Source of the DNA: Chiloscyllium plagiosum
Taxonomy: Eukaryota
NCBI RefSeq assembly: GCF_004010195.1
Contig: NC_057718.1
Location: forward strand, 68,496,401-68,551,984
Direction: 5' to 3'
DNA length: 55,584 bases
Every line of letters starts with the position of its first letter. The first letter of the stretch is position 1. Position numbers and translations under genes: made by a program. Under the pieces are notes generated by a model. That model was given only the letters and a program-made list of their open reading frames with translations, was not told the DNA's origin and ran no database searches. This document shows, piece by piece, positions 52,449 to 55,584 of this stretch.

Positions 52449-53172
52449 GGGAAGGCAATGACCCAGTGGTATTATCACTAGACTATTAATCCAGAAACTC
52501 AGCTAATGTTCTGGTACCTGAGATTAAATCCCACCATGATAGATGGTGGAATTTGAATTCAATAAAAAACAAAATTGCCGTAAAAATCCATCTGGTTTGT
52601 TCATGCCTTTCAGAGAAGGAAATCTGCCATCCTACCTGATTTGGCCTTCATGTGACTCTAGCATTGTGGTTGATTCTCAAATGCTTTCTGAAATGGCCTA
52701 CCAAGCCATTCAGCTGTGCCAATTACTACAAAGTCTTAAAGAAATGTAACTGGCAGATTACCTGGCATTGACCTAGGCACCAGAAAATACAATGGCAGAA
52801 ACAGCCCAGTTGATCCTGTAAGGTTCTCTTTACTAAGCTCTGGGGGCTAGTGCCAAAATTGAGTGAGCTGTCTCACAAACTAGTCAAGCAACAGTCATTC
52901 TCACAGAATCATACCTTACAATATCACAGACAGTGCCATCACTGTCCCTGGATATGTCCTATCCCACCAGCAGGACAGACCCAGCAGAGGTGGCAGCACA
53001 GTTGTATATGGTTGGGAGGGAGCAGCCCTGGGAATCCTTAACATTGACTCCGGAGTCCATGGAAGTCTCGTGGCTTTCGGTTAAACATTGACAAAGAAAC
53101 CCCCTGCTGATTATCACATACTGTCCTCCACTAGCTGATGAATCAGTACTCCTCTACGTTGAACAAAACTTT
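52449..53172 (+). mobile_element. 5' part of a non-LTR element: tRNA-like head followed by a degenerate APE-type endonuclease frame
   Basis: Broken frames LVPKLSELSHKLVKQ..ILTESYL..PGYVLSHQQDRPSRGGSTVVY..YCPP resemble LINE APE domains I-V. Truncated by the CR1 element at 53176. Confidence 0.55.
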
Positions 53173-53175
53173 GAC

Positions 53176-54615
53176 CATAAGACATAGAAGCAGAAGTTAG
53201 GCCATTCAGACCACTGGGTCTGTTCTTCCATTCAATCATGGCTGATAAGTTTCTCATACCCATCCTCCTGCCTTCTCCCAGTAAACCTTGATCCCCTTGT
53301 CAATCAAGAACTTACCTATCTCAGTTTCAAATACACTAAATGACCTTGCCTCCACAGTGGCAGTGAGTTCTATAGATGTACCATTCTCTGGCTAAAGAAG
53401 TTTCTCCTTATCTCCATTCTAAGACGTCTTCCCTTTTCTCTAAGGCTGTGTCTTTGGGTCCTAGTCTCTCCTATCAATGAAAACATCTTCCCAACATCCA
53501 CTCTATCCAGGCCATTCAATATTCTGTAAGTTTCAATTAGATTCCCTGCCCACCCCACCCCCATCCTTCTAACCTCCATTGAGTGTAGACCCAGAGTGGT
53601 CAAATATTCCTCATATGTTAAGCTTTTCATTCCTGGGAACAGTCTCGTGAACCTCCTATGAACAAGCTCCAGAGACATTACATCCTTCCTGTGATATGGG
53701 GCCCAAAACTGCACACAATACTCCAAATGTGGCCTGACCAGAGCCTTATAGAGCCTCAGAAGTACATCCCTGCTTTTATATTCAAGTCCTTTCAAAATAA
53801 GTGCCATCATTGCATTTGCCTTCCTAACTACTGCCTCAACTTGCAACTTTACCTTGTGCGAATCCTGTACTAGAATTCCCAAGTGCCTTCGCACTTCAGA
53901 CTTCTGAATTTTCTCCCCATTTAGAAAACAGTCTGTGCCTCTATTCTTCCTACCAAATTGCATGACCTCACTTTTTCCCACGTTGTATTCCATCTGCCAT
54001 ATCTTTTCCCACACTCCTGTCTAAATCCTTCTGCAGCCTCCCTGCCTCCTCAATGTTACCTGTCCCTCTACCTATCTTTGTATTGTCGGCAAACCTAGCC
54101 AGAATATCCTCAATTCCTTCATCTGGATTGTTAATGTATAAAGTTTTGGTCCCAACACTGAGCCTTGCGGAACACCACTTGTCATTGGTTGCCATCCTGA
54201 GAAAGACCCCCTTTTATCCCCACTCTCTTGCTTTCTGCCAGACAGCCAAGCTTCTGTCCATGCTAGCACCTTGGGCCTTTATCTTACTTAGTAGCCTCCT
54301 GTGTGGCACCTTGTCAAAGGTCTTCTTGAAGTCCAGGTAGATAACATCCATTGGGTCTCCTTGGTCTAACCTGCTCACTACTTCAAAGAGCTCTAGCAGG
54401 TTTGTCAGGCATGACCTCCCCTTGATGAAACCATGCTGACTTTGCCCTATTTTAACATACACTTCCAAGTATTAAGAAATCTCATCCTTCACAATGGATT
54501 CCAGGATCTTGCCCACAACCAAGGTTAGGCAAATCGATCTATGATTTTCCCTCTTTTGCCTTACTCCCTTTTTAAACAGAGTTGTGATATTAGTAATTTT
54601 TCAGTCCTCTGGGAC
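53176..54615 (-). mobile_element. CR1-like LINE RT fragment, degenerate
   Basis: SQHGFIKGRSCLTNLLE, DVIYLDFKKTFDKVPH, TSGVPQGSVLGP, RFADNTK and LYKALVRPHLEYCVQFWAP. Confidence 0.92.
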
Positions 54616-54878
54616 ATAGAACATAGAACATAGAACATAGAAGAATACAGCGCAGTACAGGCCCTTGGGCCCTCGATGTTGCGCCGATCCAAGCCCACCT
54701 AAACTACACTAACCCACTATCCTCCATATACCTATCCAATGCCCTCTTAAATGCCCATAAAGAGGGAGAGTCCACCACTGTTACTGGCAGGGCATTCCAT
54801 GAACTAACGACTCGCTGAGTGAAGAACCTACCCCTAACATCAGTCCTATATCTACCCCCCCTTAATTTAAAGCTATGA
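54616..54878 (-). mobile_element. CR1-like 3' end with a (catagaa)n microsatellite tail
   Basis: catagaacatagaacatagaacatagaa at 54616-54643, followed by a CR1 3' UTR-like sequence. Confidence 0.75.
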
Positions 54879-55274
54879 CTTTAAATTAATCCCTGCCAGA
54901 GATAGTGTTGAGCTCAGTTTAAAGCAAGTACCAAGCCTGACACACTTGTTTAACATTGTTGGTGGCCATCGTTTCAGCTGCCAAAGTAAAGCTTTACTTT
55001 GTAACATTTCTTTTGTGAAGCAGTTTGAGATGGTTTATGACGTTAAAATGACTAAATAAGTGCAAGTTGAAGTAAAGTTACCTTTATACGAGCTTTAACT
55101 ATCCTACTCCCATGATTGTGTGATGTTTCTGGTTTACCTTCCCCGTTGTAAGAGTGCAAAGCATGTTTACCAGTCATTCCTCATAATAGAGACACTGCCT
55201 CCGGCACCACTGGACCTGCTCTGTGACTTGGTGACTAGGACTGACTCCATTGACCCAAATGCAAAGCAACAGCA

Positions 55275-55584
55275 CCAATTTATATATCTGTGGCACCTTC
55301 ACCATACCATAATGCCCCAATTTATGTATCTGTGGCACCTTCACCATACCATAATGCCCCAATTTATGTATCTGTGGCACCTTCACCATACCATAATGCC
55401 CCAATTTATGTATCTGTGGCACCTTCACCATACCATAATGCCCCAATTTATGTATCTGTGGCACCTTCACCATACCATAATGCCCCAATTTATGTATCTG
55501 TGGCACCTTCACCATACCATAATGCCCCAATTTATGTATCTGTGGCACCTTCACCATACCATAATGCCCCAATTTATGTATCTG
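55275..55584. repeat. 42-bp tandem repeat (minisatellite), ~7.4 copies, runs off the window end
   Basis: Unit ccaatttatgtatctgtggcaccttcaccataccataatgcc. Copies are identical except for one substitution in the first. Confidence 0.95.

Noticed and set aside
55174..55572. Repeat protein (GHYGMVKVPQIHKL)n or CRISPR array
   Set aside because: It is a pure tandem repeat with no unique spacers, no splice or gene context and no cas genes, in a vertebrate genome.

Overview
Eukaryotic, repeat-rich vertebrate DNA. HE1/V-SINE-like SINEs, HER1/CR1-like LINEs and abundant Penelope-like elements (PLEs) point to an elasmobranch (shark); this is an inference. The only host gene is the 3' half of the palmitoyltransferase zdhhc14 on the + strand. 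It has five coding exons (3089-3137, 15723-15825, 16814-16923, 18547-18649, 47232-47633; exons 5-9 by human numbering as recalled) that splice in frame and end in ...LVKLSSV*. The first intron in the window (3138-15722) is a 12.6-kb U12-type AT-AC minor-spliceosome intron, and the last exon has an in-frame alternative acceptor 45 nt downstream. The rest is intron or intergenic DNA with degenerate retroelements, one Tigger-like MITE, two N gaps and a terminal 42-bp tandem repeat. The most notable non-genic pattern is that many PLE insertions carry minimal hammerhead-ribozyme motifs and share an inverted two-arm architecture. Several have 13-19 bp target-site duplications (TSDs) and microhomology at the truncated arm. 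Most listed ORFs are spurious or transposon fragments. No prokaryotic-type systems are present.
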